From NCBI GenBank assembly GCA_963849405.1, contig CAWKHG010000004.1:37094-101093 (forward strand): a stretch of DNA of 64,000 bases. Direction: 5' to 3'. Both the position numbers and the translations under genes were made by a program. The DNA is from an uncultured Chloroflexia bacterium. Lineage in GTDB: Bacteria > Chloroflexota > Limnocylindria > Limnocylindrales > CSP1-4. The notes beneath the pieces are model-generated. The model searched no databases. It worked only from the letters and a program-made list of their open reading frames with translations, and was not told the DNA's origin. Below, in pieces: positions 62,503 through 64,000 of this stretch (its first letter is position 1; each line of letters opens with the position of its first letter).

Positions 62503-63627
62503 TCAGGCCTCGGCGTCGGAGGCGGCGAGACCGGTTCCGGGCACGGTCGCGGCCGGCCGGATCGGGCGAAGTCCGGCGCGACCGGCGATGACGGGAACCG
62601 CCATCGTGAGCAGGCTCGTGAGCACGACCACGATCCCCATCGCCACGAGGACCGGCGCCAGGCCGAGGCGCTGGAACCCGACGATGCCGACGCCCCAGCC
62701 CACGATGAGCCAGTGGGTGATGTACATCGACTGGACGCGGGCGCTCCACCCATAGACGACGTCGAGGATCCGCGTCCCGGGACACGCGCCGGACCACCTG
62801 GTCGCATACGGCCAGCCACACGAGGACGAAGCCGAGGATCGCCAGCGCCAGTGCCGGCGGGAGATGCCAGTAGGTCGTGTCGCTCAGGTCCGGGACCCAC
62901 GCGGCCACCAGCGCGACGCCGACCGCGCACAGGCCCACGCCGACGAGGCCCATCCGACCGAGCAGCGCGGACCGATCGGGTGTGCGGACGATCCGCTCGC
63001 CGACGACCGCTCCGACGAGCGGGAAGACCGCCCACGGGAACACGGGGTAGTAGACGTGGCTGTCGGCGCCCCAGAGGACGCTCAGGAAGCCGTCGACGAC
63101 CGGGTTGCCCACGGTGAACCCGCGCAGGAACGGCGCGACGAGGACGATCGCGACCGCCAGGACCAGCCACGTCAGGCCCGGCCGCACGAACGCGCGCAGG
63201 GTCGCGATGCCGATGAGCGACAGGCCGGCCAGCTGGAGGATGTCGACCATCGTGAGCAGCGAGCCCGGCGTGTGCGGGGCGACCTCGGCCGAGGTCACGA
63301 TCGCCGCTCGCGAGCCCGAGCGGTCAGCGGGAGCGCGCCACGGAAGAAGTTGAAGACGTAGGCGAGCACGAACAGGCCGAGCCCGCGCATGGCGAGCGAG
63401 CGGAACGTCGAGCGCCGCGAGAACGCCACCGAGGCGCCCATGAGGAACATGAACACGGGCGCCGCGGGAGGGCCGCCGAGGAAGCTGGCCAGCACGCCGA
63501 TCGGCGTGGTCCACGTCGCCGGCTCGCCCCAGTGGCGCATGACGTGGATGAGGATCATGAAGAACACGGCGAGACCGCGGGCGAGGTCGAACGCGAGGAT
63601 TCGATCGTTGGCCGATCCGCGTCGCAC
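62503..63627 (-). CDS. DUF1624 / heparan-alpha-glucosaminide N-acetyltransferase-like membrane protein (frameshifted)
   Basis: RILAFDLARGLAVFFMILIH; AAPVFMFLMG; DILQLAGLS; YPVFPW; MYITHW. Confidence 0.85.
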
Positions 63628-63664
63628 CGTCCGGACTCCCGTCGGGGGTTGGGTCGGCGCGATT

Positions 63665-64000
63665 CTAGTCGCCCATTGGAAGGGATCTGGCTCCTCGTCC
63701 GAGCGGGCCGATCCGGCGCAACGGCGCGTAGCCGGAACCAGGCCCGGCCGACGAGGCGATCGAGCGCGACCGGTCCGTAGCGTCGCGAGTCGACCGACAC
63801 CGCCGGGTCGTCCCCGAGCAGCCAGGCCTCGTCGGGGATCAATCGGATCGTCACGTCGACGTCCTGGCCCGTGTCGGGATCGGTCACCCGGACGCCCTTG
63901 ACGACGTCACCCGGGATCGCCGCCACGCGCTTGATCGCCAGGATGTCCGACTCCGGCTCCCGGAACACGACCACGGACCCACGGCGGGGCCAGCGTCGGA
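63665..64000 (-). CDS. S26 signal peptidase family protein, partial at window end
   Basis: RGSVVVFREP..IKRVAAIPGD; WLLGDD...SVDSRRYGPV..LVGRAWFR. Confidence 0.82.

Noticed and set aside
413-63627. Mass pseudogenisation or programmed frameshifting in many genes
   Set aside because: Breaks are short indels affecting core genes (pyrB, pyrC, lipB, xth, potA) with intact motifs on both sides, no accumulation of nonsense codons and no slippery sites noticed; most consistent with long-read consensus error.
63665-64000. Nickel-SOD maturation protease SodX
   Set aside because: S26 fold is supported, but the gene is truncated and no sodN is visible in the window.

Overview
Very GC-rich bacterial chromosomal segment with about 60 genes. 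Gene content suggests Chloroflexota, possibly Limnocylindria/Ellin6529-like (inference): many Pro/Ser/Thr-linker lipoproteins, ECF/anti-sigma pairs, zinc-ribbon/cyclase/AAA/TPR proteins, F420-type LLMs and a CtaA-CtaB fusion. Roughly a third or more of the genes, including core ones (pyrB, pyrC, lipB, xth, potA), carry short frameshifts, most simply uncorrected long-read errors, so such genes are reported as joined loci with approximate ends. Recognisable content: a split pyr cluster (PyrR-binding leader, pyrR-pyrB-pyrC ... pyrK-pyrD-pyrE), trpB2, lipB, a GalT-like gene, a heme A/heme O synthase fusion, a polyamine ABC transporter, methylated-amine catabolism genes (MttB-family, GcvT-like, Rieske oxygenase), MarR-MFS and two LLM oxidoreductases. 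No rRNA, tRNA, CRISPR or transposase was seen. The most interesting items are: (i) a five-gene ApbE flavinylation / trans-membrane electron-transfer module whose apparent flavin acceptor is a tiny disordered membrane-tethered peptide ending in TTGSS; (ii) an orphan 109-aa protein whose C-terminus resembles type III secretion needle subunits; (iii) a ~195-nt intergenic element folding into a long rod (6S-like ncRNA candidate); (iv) a shared ECF promoter motif linking a sigma factor, a GH3 lipoprotein and the needle-like gene; (v) an archaeal-type ACT/DUF5612 protein; (vi) a GalT homologue whose catalytic His is replaced by Cys.
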